Positions 21,801 to 29,741 of a stretch of 64,000 bases of DNA are shown piece by piece (within the stretch, counting starts at the first letter, position 1; every line of letters starts with the position of its first letter). The translations under genes were made by a program, and so were the position numbers. The notes under the pieces are model-generated. The model made no database searches. It was given only the letters and a program-made list of their open reading frames with translations, and was not told where the DNA came from. Source of the stretch: an uncultured Acetatifactor sp. (lineage in GTDB: Bacteria; Bacillota; Clostridia; Lachnospirales; Lachnospiraceae); contig CAKRYI010000011.1 of NCBI GenBank assembly GCA_934426825.1, positions 5,302 to 69,301 on the forward strand, given 5' to 3'.

Positions 21801-23544
21801 GGACATTGTACCGACGGTGGATAGCGAGGGCTATGTGGCTGTCTTTACGCCGACAGACAATGTAAATTATAAGCCGGCAACGGCAGTTGTAACGCTTGCA
21901 CTCGGAAAGGCAAAGCCTGAAATTACGGAGAAGCCGACGGCGGCAGCAATCACTTACGGGCAGACGCTTGGGGAGAGTCTGCTGAGCGGAGGTGCAGGAA
22001 ACGTAGCAGGAACCTTCGCATGGAAGGATGGGAACGTGAAACCCACTGTTTCTGATGGTGACGCAACGCCGTACGAGGTAGTATTTACCTCAGAGGACAG
22101 TAACTGGGGAACGGCGGAGACGACAGTGACCCTTAAAGTCAACAAGGCGCCCTGTCCGTCCAATATGCCGCAGACGCAAATGGCGCCCGCGCATAGATTC
22201 AAGACGGTCGGAGAGGTGGAGCTGCCGCAGGGCTGGTACTGGGTGGAAACCGATGCTCTGCAGGAGCTTGCCGATGAGACGGCGGTGACTGCAACGGCAG
22301 TTTACAACGGAAGCGACAAGGGCAATTATGAGACCGAGAGCGTTGAAATTGTGCTGATAAGGAGTAAATGTGAGCATACGTCCACGGCGGTGAACGGAAG
22401 GAAGGATGCGACCTGTCAGGCGGAAGGTTATACCGGAGACACGGTATGTGCGGAATGTGGTGTCACGCTGTCAGTGGGAACGACGATTCCCAAGACGGCG
22501 CACAGCTATACAGGTGTGGTGACGAAGGCTGCGACAACGGAGGAAGAGGGCGTCATGACCTATACCTGTGGCATTTGCATGCACAGCTACACCGAGGCAA
22601 TCGCAAAGCTGACACCTGCCCCCGCACCGGCACCGACGCCCGCACCCACGACAGAGCCTGCAGCGGCACCTGCAGCGTCAACACCTGCGGCAGAGCCTGA
22701 AACAAAACCCGCACCGGCGAATGACCGGACGACAAAATCCACAGAAGCTCCCAAGGCAGAGACTGAGACAGCACCGGCACCGACGACGAAGTCCACAGCG
22801 GAGTCCGCGTCTGAGGAAACACCGGATGCAGGAATGCCGTACCTTAAGAAAGATACCGGAAAGAACGGCTGGGAACTGATTAAGGAACAGTTGGAGAATG
22901 TGCCGGACAGAGATGTTGTTGACGTGGAAATGAACGGTGCAACCACCGTGCCGGGAGATGTTTTTGACACCATCAAAGGCAGAGATTTGACAGTTGTTTT
23001 CCATATGGGAGACGGTATCAGCTGGACGGTGAACGGTAAGGATGTCACGGCAGATAAGGGTAAGGATATTGATTTCGGGGTAGTGTTTGGCAAAGAAGCC
23101 GGAAAGACGATTCCGGTGGAGGTCATCAATAATGTTACCGGAGAGAGATATTCCATCAACCTGACGCTTGCGTATGACGGCGAGTTTGGCTTTCAGGCGA
23201 CGCTTACCGTGAATATGGATAAAAAGAATGCCGGACTTTTTGCAAACCTGTTCTATTATAACGAACAGTCCGGCGAACTGGAATTTATCTGTGCCGGTGA
23301 GATAGACAGTAAAGGAGAGGTCGGACTGACCTTCACCCATGCTTCGGACTACACGATTATCGTGGATGTGCAGTCGATGGAGCCGAATGCGATGGACGAT
23401 GCGGCAAATCCGGCGGTTTCGCAGGAGGTAAGTGCAGCAGGAAGTTTCCATCCCGTTGGGGCACTCCTTATCGCACTGGCGGTGATCGCTCTCGGCGCAG
23501 GAGGATTCCTGCTTGTGAGAGCGAAAAAGGGAGAGGAAGAATAA
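15838..23544 (+). CDS. Giant cell-surface protein (2568 aa): signal peptide, Gly-rich beta-helix-like repeats, many Ig-like/beta-sandwich repeats, 6-Cys module, Pro/Thr-rich linker, conserved about 190-aa C-terminal module, C-terminal TM anchor
   Basis: N-terminal signal (RWAAAFLLVGFLAGASFGAPG). Repeated G-G-x-x-AGIGG motifs between aa 150 and 350. Long T/V/Y-rich repeat region. Cys module CEHTSTAVNGRKDATCQAEGYTGDTVCAECG...TYTCGICMHSYTE. PAPAPAPTPAPT... linker. The C-terminal module and hydrophobic tail (ALLIALAVIALGAGGFLLVRAKKGEEE) are shared with the downstream paralogue. No LPXTG. SD AAGAGGAAGTGG. Confidence 0.85.
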   Translation: MQNQTMKHHLGKQQKMENRNGNGRKRTATGGLRRAGRWAAAFLLVGFLAGASFGAPGMERVNAAQTIQTQTAVMELSKLPLIADNAQRLDFTINAGNVSKYDNAVLTGSFSDEDGNIARKRIVIDGTTVNLTIRDVNIDRSTWYATTAAVELINGAKLNLTLEGDNVLKGSIGGAGIGVGEDCTLTITGQSMGTLTAVGGSYYGGAAGIGANGTGAYAGKPREVIQKFGTIIIEGGTVNAEGGTYFYRGVLESSGAGIGGSGYGSEGTIIIRGGVVNTVGGTGAAGIGGGCAGHVDKIEITGGKVTATAVVDGTNSTIQGAAIGSGYNGNSMEAMPCGEISIMGGEITADGNIGYGTGDNEYNGGSIRIGGEAKLDVTGTISLKDPEGVAYMLQLTVYDVRLVGSQNIAGTAELKNQKRKTIGEVSGASAAIELEYFAESELTGKQDVKVTIGEYEYQTQVDFQAGKTDYAVQIGQPLCDTRLRLDIDWTWGTKARKVTSLSVTKAGKEFDRQEYYVAEKTEGTESKDYLYLQMYLPEGEQYDITAAIEGVNGGEPVTVSGQTVKGGAENVIYVLPLNVELIDADNTDNLAEVTVSGKKDITVHYLVSKTDFTDEEIQAKAEIGETESLKLTGGTQTFSVAASDVETDVTCYVIAKGSNGYSKVYRQSFHSGELVAVEAMLYKRGETEGIAYATLDAAVAAAQKPENKGCTVRLQENMIHSGTLTVNDGSFTLDVNGKQLTAEDRTTLLQLDGGSLTLKDSKGTGSMVGGKRVGSTVAHIIVANGGTLTIQNGNYWVNANGSGADADKGAVIYTDEGANPVVKIKDGSFGRKTQCSKYGFYMQSGILEVEGGTFVEVWNYAIKDTEATISGGEFQSNLILSQDNAKLRGGSFATLMVADEAGNIASDGDCSQLLDGTYGEKYQYKKNGNLVEAKDAKGNSLFNVEVICVLPELDRSAKITIVNGGTRQPMVGDTLQCTFEPYPVGKEWDVIDTHTYNWYRVDGEEATLVHTGSGRWNCTYDVTADDIGKKLYCEVVFEKYQSVRTEPTKTVTKYRLNAINTLFKNTVTKYYTGEPVTLTAEDLADAGVGGNNNLNLQLDTDFIVQRYENNTEVGKATVWVEGIGDYIGSTQNRFDIVYKPMNVTPTVKGLGADGWTNCAELVAPEGYTISFSQKDGYAGSIFYDKESGMDGVQPTYYLRETATGYISDAKQLADVIKVEKEAPAFTGESDGISFGLSNWKEREKPISFEIKTKSAQMALHATDALSGIQTYYYYADRVQDTANYQVLTDYQLQELERSFKAAENGRFTLDTDGSYVVYAYAVDKAGNRSTVICSGGIVIDNTAPGLTAAVPAEKIKSNEADVEFTMDEAGTLSYYYCDSNSGFGMNETPTFEELENHKGAFDEHFRYGTVSVSLGQVGQKQNLSLENLDIHTEYAVYLVTEDEMGNVSQVKRLNFRTKKLLPVLKEAPTLTGEYGTKVADLQITGGSVLQPDKETALEGTWSLVTGNTGLDLVPQVGEEKTYRVIYKITSAGGLNDAYEDVECDAKAVITPKDISSFTVEDIADCEYSGAELTPEPVVKGTDRYGAEQTLTKGVDYQVSYRDNTHAGTATIVITGQGNYQGALEKEFQITQARNEFTSKLTCDSYTYDKEAVPAPNVTAKYGTVIYEYAKVADNGNPPVEDDYTTELPVKAGEWCVRAYVPETEDYTGMLSGGVPFTIRKAEYRNGIQYGEYVSYRDWTGETVTVPGEKFFPNPPEDCGKITYSVKVDDLSNILEGTAVVDENGTLSYRLRQVTASEIENGKKQAWITYKISTENYEIVGDSGWRIEVVDWLEFQGRDEVQIDGSNELTYGQKLSALTLNSRNSVFHDVHMNEVEGSFEWLEPESVPAVGTTSATYYLRHSLKESYKTYQNEIAITVVPAAPRVTAPVLGNGVTITYDPAKTLGDVFPMNGYAAAGSMAESIWTGGSAVWTVGDNEVTVDGSWSWQNPDIVPTVDSEGYVAVFTPTDNVNYKPATAVVTLALGKAKPEITEKPTAAAITYGQTLGESLLSGGAGNVAGTFAWKDGNVKPTVSDGDATPYEVVFTSEDSNWGTAETTVTLKVNKAPCPSNMPQTQMAPAHRFKTVGEVELPQGWYWVETDALQELADETAVTATAVYNGSDKGNYETESVEIVLIRSKCEHTSTAVNGRKDATCQAEGYTGDTVCAECGVTLSVGTTIPKTAHSYTGVVTKAATTEEEGVMTYTCGICMHSYTEAIAKLTPAPAPAPTPAPTTEPAAAPAASTPAAEPETKPAPANDRTTKSTEAPKAETETAPAPTTKSTAESASEETPDAGMPYLKKDTGKNGWELIKEQLENVPDRDVVDVEMNGATTVPGDVFDTIKGRDLTVVFHMGDGISWTVNGKDVTADKGKDIDFGVVFGKEAGKTIPVEVINNVTGERYSINLTLAYDGEFGFQATLTVNMDKKNAGLFANLFYYNEQSGELEFICAGEIDSKGEVGLTFTHASDYTIIVDVQSMEPNAMDDAANPAVSQEVSAAGSFHPVGALLIALAVIALGAGGFLLVRAKKGEEE

Positions 23545-23547
23545 ATC

Positions 23548-24861
23548 TTATTTTTGTATCACAATATCAATCGTGAAACAATCGGCGGTGTGGGAGAATT
23601 TAGCCATGCCGCCGTATTTTTCTGCCACGGTGGCAATGGAGGTCAGACCGATGCCGGAACCGCCCTTATGTGTGGAGAGGTAGGCATCGTCCCTTTGCTT
23701 TACAACACCGTCAAAGCTGTTTTCAGAGATAATGTAAAGACAACGGTCATGCTGCGGCTGAATTGTTAAGTTGTGATATTTTTTCTCCGGCGGAAGGGTC
23801 TGGCAGCCATAGTATACATTTTCCAGCAGATTGCCGAGAAGCCCGCAGAGTTCGGTGTCCGTAATTTGAAGGTTGTTCGGAAGACTGATTTTCCAGCTAC
23901 GGCGGATTCCGTCGGCGTCCATCCTTGCCGCATAGTAATTTAACAGGGCATTGACCGGAATGTTCAGGCAATAGGTCGTTACGGATTCCGGAAGAGAAGA
24001 AATGTATTCCGACAGATGGCTTGTCAGCGCATCATAGTCTTTATCCTGAGCCATCTGGGCAATGCTTAAGAGCTGCTGGCGGAAATCATGGCGCTGTCTG
24101 GAGGATTCTGTAATGTAGCGCTGCTGGGCAAGGTAATGGCTCTCCTGCATCTCGAAAAAGCGGATGCGTTCCCTGTCCTGAGAACTCCGGCGGAGTTCCA
24201 CGGTCATCATATAGAAAATCAGATAAATGATATTGAACAGGAAGAATACAAGAGCTATGTAAATAAGGTAAATCGGGTAGACACGGTTGACGTACATGGT
24301 TTCGTATTTATGCGGCATCATCATAATGTTGAGCACAATAAAAATCAGCGGAACCGGCAGGGAAACAGCCCACACGCGGGGGGATTCCGTGAAATCAATG
24401 AAATCTCCGAGAAAACGGTAGAAGAACCACGCATATAACAGCAAAAACAGGACACTGATACCCAGTTGGACGCTCCCGACAAGGGGACAATGGGACAGGG
24501 AGCCTTCTAACGGGTGTACGCGGCAGTCGATGGCAAGGGTGATGAGCGTGGGAAAGGACATCAGAGCCATGACAAGCAGAAAGACGGATGCAGTTGTGCA
24601 GATATGTGTCTTAAGCACCTTTTGATAACAGGCAAAAAGGACTGCCACCAACGGCAGAAGGACATAGTTGGTTGGAAGATCGGCAAGGGTGACGATAGCA
24701 GCGCAGAGCGGTATCAGGACGGCAAACAGACCGCTCGCCACAAGGCAGAGCTTCCGGATGGGGAGGCGCAGCTGGTTCCGCACGGGAAGCAGACACAGCG
24801 CAGCAGCCGGAAACAGTATCATAAATGAAAAAATTTCAGATAAATAATTCATGGGATTCAA
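23548..24861 (-). CDS. Sensor histidine kinase, LytTR-associated (AgrC/GHKL-type) with polytopic N-terminus
   Basis: 437 aa with about 6-7 N-terminal TM helices. The C-terminal HATPase with GGSGIGLTSIATVAEKYGG is typical of HPK10-type kinases paired with LytTR regulators. It overlaps the upstream regulator gene by 4 nt. Confidence 0.8.
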   Translation of the reverse strand: MNPMNYLSEIFSFMILFPAAALCLLPVRNQLRLPIRKLCLVASGLFAVLIPLCAAIVTLADLPTNYVLLPLVAVLFACYQKVLKTHICTTASVFLLVMALMSFPTLITLAIDCRVHPLEGSLSHCPLVGSVQLGISVLFLLLYAWFFYRFLGDFIDFTESPRVWAVSLPVPLIFIVLNIMMMPHKYETMYVNRVYPIYLIYIALVFFLFNIIYLIFYMMTVELRRSSQDRERIRFFEMQESHYLAQQRYITESSRQRHDFRQQLLSIAQMAQDKDYDALTSHLSEYISSLPESVTTYCLNIPVNALLNYYAARMDADGIRRSWKISLPNNLQITDTELCGLLGNLLENVYYGCQTLPPEKKYHNLTIQPQHDRCLYIISENSFDGVVKQRDDAYLSTHKGGSGIGLTSIATVAEKYGGMAKFSHTADCFTIDIVIQK

Positions 24862-25597
24862 TTCCTTTCTGACATGGAGTTATGGAATTTGGTAAAGTTG
24901 TAATTGTGCCATGTCTGGGTCAGCTGGCGCAGTTTTCGCTGTGTCACCGGAACATTCAGACCGTTTTGCAAAAGACAGGCATTTCCCTGAAAGCCGGTGA
25001 TATGGTCCATATTCACAAGGATTCCGCGGCTGACAAGCAGAAAGCGTCCGTCCTCCGTAAGCGGCTTTGTAAAGCCGGAAAATGCGGAGTATACGGTGTA
25101 TTCCCTGCCGGAAATACACTGCACGAGTGTGGAATGTCCGGAGGCGGATAAACAGGCAATCTCGCTGTAGAAGAGCCGGATGTCCAGACCGTTTGAGGAA
25201 AAGGACAGGTAATCCTCCGGCTTTGGCAGAAGCGCAAGGGAATCCGTCAGACAGGTAAAAAATTTATTCTTTTCCAGTGGTTTTTCAATGTAATCGAAAG
25301 CATGGACGGAAAATGCCTGCCCCATATGCTCACCGCTGGAGGTGAGAAAAATCAGCAGGGAACGGCTGTCGGATTCCCGCATTTTCTTGGCGGTGTCGAT
25401 TCCGCTCATGCCGCCCATGTAAATATCCATAAACACAATGTCATAAGTATAGGGAACAAACGCGGAGAGAAATGACTCGCCGCTCTCAAACATATCTACT
25501 TCAAATTCCGTGTGCATTTCCTCGGCGAAGGAGGAAAACAGTCTGCCGGCGGACTCTCTCTCCACCGCAGAATCATCCACCAGTGCAAATCGCATCA
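24858..25597 (-). CDS. LytTR-family response regulator (REC + LytTR DNA-binding domain)
   Basis: MRFALVDDSAVER...DIVFMDIYMGGMSGID (REC with phospho-Asp context) and a C-terminal LytTR domain (…DIRLFYSEIACLSASGHSTLVQCISGREYTVY…LLVSRGILVNMDHI…). The ATG at 25597 has AGGAG 7 nt upstream. The longer ORF-track start at 25727 lacks an SD. Confidence 0.85.
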
Positions 25598-25693
25598 GAT
25601 TCAACGCTCCTCTTCTGTATTTATACATAGTATAGCATAAATGGGAAGTGGGGACATAAATTTTTTGCGGGAAGCGGAAACAGTCATTTGTTA

Positions 25694-25722
25694 TTCGTGA
25701 CGAAAGTTGTCGTTTCGTGCAA
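25694..25722. promoter_or_regulatory. Direct repeat TTCGTGA-N13-TTCGTGC (20-bp period), a candidate LytTR regulator binding site, with a TATAAAAT -10-like box about 27 bp downstream
   Basis: Two near-identical heptamers at 25694 and 25714 sit in the divergent intergenic region between the LytTR regulator gene and the surface-protein paralogue. LytTR/AgrA-type sites are paired direct repeats with about a 21-bp period. Confidence 0.4.
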
Positions 25723-25834
25723 GTCACCTTGCGCAGAGAGTCAAACCTATATAAAATTAGAAAAAGTGTAGTTATTTATAACCGAGATATTAGATGAAAG
25801 CAGGCATAAAGAGTATGAAGAAGTGGAACAAAGA

Positions 25835-27558
25835 ATGAAAAAAAATAATGGCGGTAACGCTGGCGGCGCTGATTGCCGGCAGTACGGTGGAACCGTCGGC
25901 ATTGGCGGCGGCAGCGGCGGGTCAGAAGCAGGAAGTGACGCTGACGGCAGTTGATACACCGGATGCGGCGGTAACGGGGAGCGCGGACGGGAAGGATTCT
26001 GTGAGCGGTAACTCTGTGACAGCCGGGGACAGTGCACTTGCCGGGGAAAATGGAATAGCGACGCTGGCTGAGGAGAGCGGTTCCACGGAAGATGTGGTCA
26101 GTCTGACCATAGGTGAGACCACCACAAACTATACGTCTCTGTCAGTAGCAGTGGCGGCGCTGCCAACAGATTCCGACGCAACACTGACGCTGCTGGGGGA
26201 TTGTCCGGCAGATACCTATATACTTGGAGACAAGGTAACAGGCACGGTAACGCTGGATCTGGCGGGGCATGCATTGACAGTGCCGGACGATAACAATATT
26301 ATGTTAAGCAGTGATAGTTTTATTGTGATGTCTTCACAAAATGTCGGTTACAAGGTCTGAGTGCAGTCATCCCCAGACGGTAGTAAGGAATGCACAAGAG
26401 GCAACCTGTACCGAAGCCGGCTATACCGGAGACACCTACTGCACAGAGTGTAACCAAATTACCGTGAACGGCACGGTAATCCCCGCCAAGGGACACAGCT
26501 ACACGTCAGTGATTACAAAACAGCCGACGACCGCAGAGGAAGGCATCCGAACCTACACCTGCGGAGGCTGCGGACACAGTTACACGGAACCTGTGGAAAA
26601 ACTGAACGACAGCGGTTCGGGTAGTACAGATACTGGAAATAAAGACGCGGGAAATGCGGATAGCGGAAATAAAGACGCAGGAAGCGCAGGTGCCGGAAAC
26701 AAAGACACGGGAAGCACAAACACAGAAAGCACAGAACCGGGAAACAAAAATACGGCAAGCACAGATACCAACACCACAGACGCAGGAAACGGCAGCCGCA
26801 GCGCAGCTCCATTCCTCAAGGGAGAGAACGGCAAAGAAGGCTGGGACGTCATCTGTGAGGATGTGAAGGCGGCTTCGGCGGGAGAAGAGATTACCGTGGA
26901 TATGAACGGCACTACTGTGGCACCCGGCAACCTGTTTGAACTGATTCACGGAGAAAATATTACTGTTGTGTTTGATATGGGTAACGGCATTGCATGGAGT
27001 GTGAACGGAAAAGATGTCACCGACATAAAAGGTGATATTGATTTCGGCATTACATTCGGAACAGAAGCAGGGAAAAACATTCCGGTAGATGTGATTAACA
27101 GTATCACAGGCGAGCATACATCGATGAATCTGACGTTAGCATATAACGGCGAGTTTGGATTTACGGCAGCACTGACAGTCAATCTGGAAGAAGCAAATGC
27201 CGGATACTATGCAAATCTGTTTTATTACAATCCGGATAACAGCAGCTTGGAGTTTGTATGTGCCGGACAGATTGGAAAAGACGGTAATGTAAATCTCACA
27301 TTTACGCATGCTTCCGATTACACGATAGTAATTGCAGAAATTATAATGGATGAAAAGAATATCGACAGTATTCAAAAAACTGACGATAAGGAACTGTCTG
27401 AACAGGATGCAGAACCGGCTTCTCAGGATTCAAGCGCCGGGTCAGCCAAAGCGGATGATTCCGCGTGGAGAAGTTTTTGGATGATAATGCTTGGTTCGAT
27501 AGTAGTTGTTGTAGGAGTGGGTATGTTCTTTATTAACAAAAAGAAGAAATCCGAGTAG
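25835..27558 (+). pseudogene. Paralogue of the giant surface protein (about 575 aa if repaired), apparently disrupted by two +1 frameshifts in A-runs. The intact ORFs are 25848..26360 and 26341..27558.
   Basis: With A7 instead of the observed A8 at 25838-25845, the ATG at 25835 gives MKKIMAVTLAALIAGSTVEPSALAAAAAGQ, a textbook signal peptide. As sequenced, the ATG at 25835 frame stops after 39 codons, and the ORF from 25848 has no SD and no charged n-region. The second ORF begins SECSHPQTVVRNAQEATCTEAGYTGDTYCTECN, which is homologous to the Cys module of the giant protein. The frames would join (…FIVMSSQ|MSVTRSEC…) if the A4 at 26337-26340 were A3. The C-terminal module and TM tail are homologous to the giant protein's. 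Confidence 0.5.
26635..26790 (+). repeat. Imperfect 18-bp tandem repeats encoding a GNKDAG/S-T low-complexity linker in the paralogue
   Basis: ggaaataaagacgcgggaaatgcggatagcggaaataaagacgcaggaagcgcaggtgccggaaacaaagacacggga... encodes TDTGNKDAGNADSGNKDAGSAGAGNKDTGSTNT... Confidence 0.6.
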
Positions 27559-27577
27559 GATAAATACAGAAACAAAA

Positions 27578-27656
27578 ACAGGCTTGCCGACATGTGTTGG
27601 TTAAGCCTGTTTTGTCGTGGTGCGCCGGAGGCTCCCTTTAGGGAGCACCCGGCGCC
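27578..27656. terminator. Pair of hairpins between convergent genes. The first (27578-27614) is a bidirectional rho-independent terminator. The second is a GC-rich palindrome (27620-27656).
   Basis: ACAGGCTT...AAGCCTGT is flanked by an A-run upstream and a T-run downstream, so it can terminate both the paralogue (+) and cstA (-). The second is GTGCGCCGGAGGCTCCCTTTAGGGAGCACCCGGCGCC. Confidence 0.7.
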
Positions 27657-27674
27657 GTATTTTACTGCATATCT

Positions 27675-29372
27675 TTACTGTACATTCGCTGTTTTCTTTT
27701 TACGAAGCAGCTCTTTGCCGGAAGTGACGACGATAATGACTCCCAGAACCATAAGCAGAATCGCAATGATTAATTGTAATCCCTCTACCATGAAAACGGC
27801 GGTGCCTGCACCGAAGGCTTTGACAAGACCGATGGTACGCTCTACCAAAGCGGTGAAGGTGACACCCAACATAATCACCAGAGGAACGATTAAGGTACGG
27901 TTTTCTCTGCCGGTTACTTTTAAGAAAACGCAGAGGGTGATGAGTACCAAAGCGCTCAGCAACTGGTTGGCGCTGCCAAACAGCGGCCAGATATTGGAGT
28001 AACCGATTTTTGTCAGAATAAAGCCGCAGGCGAGGGTAACAACGGTGGAGAAATATTTGTTGCAGAGAACCTTTCTCCAAAGAGCGGCGTTTTTCATATC
28101 ATCCGTGCTGAACAGTTCCTGAAAGGACATACGTCCGATTCTTGCCACGGCGTCCAGACTGGTAAGAGCTAAAGCGGAAACACACATGGTCATGAAGCAC
28201 TGGGCTACATAGACAGGGAATCCGAACATTTCCAGCAGTCCTGCCACACCGGAGGAAAAGATTTGGAAAGGAGTTCCGGTGGCGGGAGTTCCGTCAGCGG
28301 CGGCAGCGGCTCCGGCAACACAGAGTGCCAGAATAGCCAGCAGACTTTCCAAAATCATGGCACCATAACCGACCTTTAACATATCCTTTTCGTTGGCAAT
28401 GGTCTTGGATGAGGTTCCGGAGGAAACCAGACTGTGGAAACCGGATACGGCGCCACATGCCACAGTTACGAAGAGAATGGGGAACAAATCACCCAGCTTT
28501 TCGTTATGGAATCCGGTAAAGGTGGGAAGGTTCATGGAAGGGTGAGCAACCAAAAGGCCTACCACAGCGCCTAAAATCATACCGCCGAACATGAAGGTGG
28601 TCATATAATCACGGGGCTGTTTCAACAGCCACATGGGAAGTACGGATGCAAGGAATATGTAAGCAAAGGTAAAGTAAATCCAAGCGTCCTTGCCGCCGGT
28701 GATGGGGAATGCCATACCGATACCGAGGGAGGCTACGGTGCAAAGCAGTCCGACCACACATTCCTTCCAGCCGGAGAGGTTGAATTTCTTTTGCAGTAAA
28801 CCGAAAATCATGGCAAACACGATAAACAGGATGGAAATGGTTCCTGCGGCGCCGTTTGCTTTTGCGGCGGGTGAAAGAGAGGTTACACCGTCAGTCACAA
28901 CAAACGCATTGAAAGTGCCCGCCACCATGTCGGCAAATGCGGCAATGACAATCAGGGTAAAGAGCCAGCAGAAAATTAAGAACAGCTTTCTACCGGTTTT
29001 GCCAATGTATTTTTCAATTAACAGTCCCATGGATTTGCCTTCGTTCTTGACGCTGGCATACAATGCGCCGAAGTCGGTAACGGCACCGAAGAAAATACCG
29101 CCTAAGACAATCCAAAGAAATACGGGAACCCATCCAAAGACAGCTGCCTGAATGGCACCCGTTACAGGGCCGGCACCGGCAATGGAGGAGAACTGGTGGG
29201 CAAATACTACCCAGCCGTGGGTCGGAACATAGTCCTGACCGTCCTCATGGACACAGGCGGGAGTTTTGGCTTTCGGGTCAATGCCCCATTTTTTTGCAAG
29301 CCATCTGCCATAGAGTGTGTAGCCTGCCAAGAGGCATACAGCAGCGATTAATACGATTACAAGTGTGTTCAT
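27675..29372 (-). CDS. cstA: Carbon starvation protein A (CstA family peptide/pyruvate transporter)
   Basis: 565 aa polytopic protein. The N-terminus MNTLVIVLIAAVCLLAGYTLYGRWLAKKWGIDPKAKTPACV...HQFSSIAGAGPVTGAIQAAVFGWVPVFLWIVLGGIFFGAVTDFGALYASV is strongly CstA-like. Confidence 0.9.
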   Translation of the reverse strand: MNTLVIVLIAAVCLLAGYTLYGRWLAKKWGIDPKAKTPACVHEDGQDYVPTHGWVVFAHQFSSIAGAGPVTGAIQAAVFGWVPVFLWIVLGGIFFGAVTDFGALYASVKNEGKSMGLLIEKYIGKTGRKLFLIFCWLFTLIVIAAFADMVAGTFNAFVVTDGVTSLSPAAKANGAAGTISILFIVFAMIFGLLQKKFNLSGWKECVVGLLCTVASLGIGMAFPITGGKDAWIYFTFAYIFLASVLPMWLLKQPRDYMTTFMFGGMILGAVVGLLVAHPSMNLPTFTGFHNEKLGDLFPILFVTVACGAVSGFHSLVSSGTSSKTIANEKDMLKVGYGAMILESLLAILALCVAGAAAAADGTPATGTPFQIFSSGVAGLLEMFGFPVYVAQCFMTMCVSALALTSLDAVARIGRMSFQELFSTDDMKNAALWRKVLCNKYFSTVVTLACGFILTKIGYSNIWPLFGSANQLLSALVLITLCVFLKVTGRENRTLIVPLVIMLGVTFTALVERTIGLVKAFGAGTAVFMVEGLQLIIAILLMVLGVIIVVTSGKELLRKKKTANVQ

Positions 29373-29735
29373 AGTATAACCTCGTTTCTTAGAGTATTTT
29401 GTGTATCAAAATCCATAATGGGTGACCGGGTAGGGGAAAATAAAAAATCCTCCGTCTTTACAGTTACCTGTAGAAGACGAAGGATGAATCTCCGCGTTAC
29501 CACTTCTTTTGCCGGGTTATACCGACCTCTCTGCCACATCCGCTGTTATTCAGGTGAATGCGTTCCTTTTTAACGGTAGGATACCGGCGAGGGCTACTTG
29601 CAAAGCGTTTGCCCAAGCTGCTGGCAGGGGATAGCCTCGCACCGACGCTGTTGTCTCACACCAGCCGACAACTCTCTGAAAACGTGCTATGGTAGGAAGT
29701 CCTGTCCTGTTCATCGCATTTGGATATTGATGTTG
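29373..29735 (-). ncRNA. Structured 5' leader of cstA with T-box-riboswitch-like elements: antiterminator GAAG-UGGUAAC-GCGGAG…CUUCGU-CUUC, overlapping terminator hairpin plus U-run, F-box-like CCGUUA, AGAGAG, and a GCGAUGA K-turn-like segment
   Basis: Minus-strand RNA of about 360 nt lies between a sigma-A promoter and the cstA SD. Plus-coordinate 29492-29502 (CCGCGTTACCA on the plus strand) reads GUGGUAACGCGG on the transcript, against the T-box consensus GGUGGNACCGCGG. The flanking 4-bp and 6-bp helices with a 7-nt bulge reproduce antiterminator geometry. The mutually exclusive terminator is CCUUCGUCUU-loop-AAGACGGAGG followed by AUUUUUUAUUUU at plus 29437-29484. CCGUUA is at plus 29571-29576. 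Confidence 0.55.
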
Positions 29736-29741
29736 ACACTT

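Noticed and set aside
25750-25810. Small 19-aa ORF (MGSGDINFLREAETVICYS) between the LytTR regulator gene and the paralogue as a possible autoinducing-peptide precursor
   Set aside because: No SD, no AgrB-like processing gene nearby, and the sequence lacks the amphipathic leader and Cys/Ser thiolactone context. It is most likely a chance ORF.
25848-26360. Treating 25848..26360 and 26341..27558 as two genuine independent genes
   Set aside because: The first ORF lacks an SD and a normal signal-peptide n-region. Both breaks are repaired by deleting one A from a homopolymer, and the junctions align to the intact paralogue. A two-gene reading is still possible and is noted in the feature.
29690-29712. 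ggtaggaagtcctgtcctg resembling the RNase P RNA GGAAAGUCC element
   Set aside because: One nucleotide is missing (GGAAGUCC). The surrounding sequence has none of the other conserved RNase P regions. The locus is only about 360 nt and is better explained as the cstA leader and promoter.
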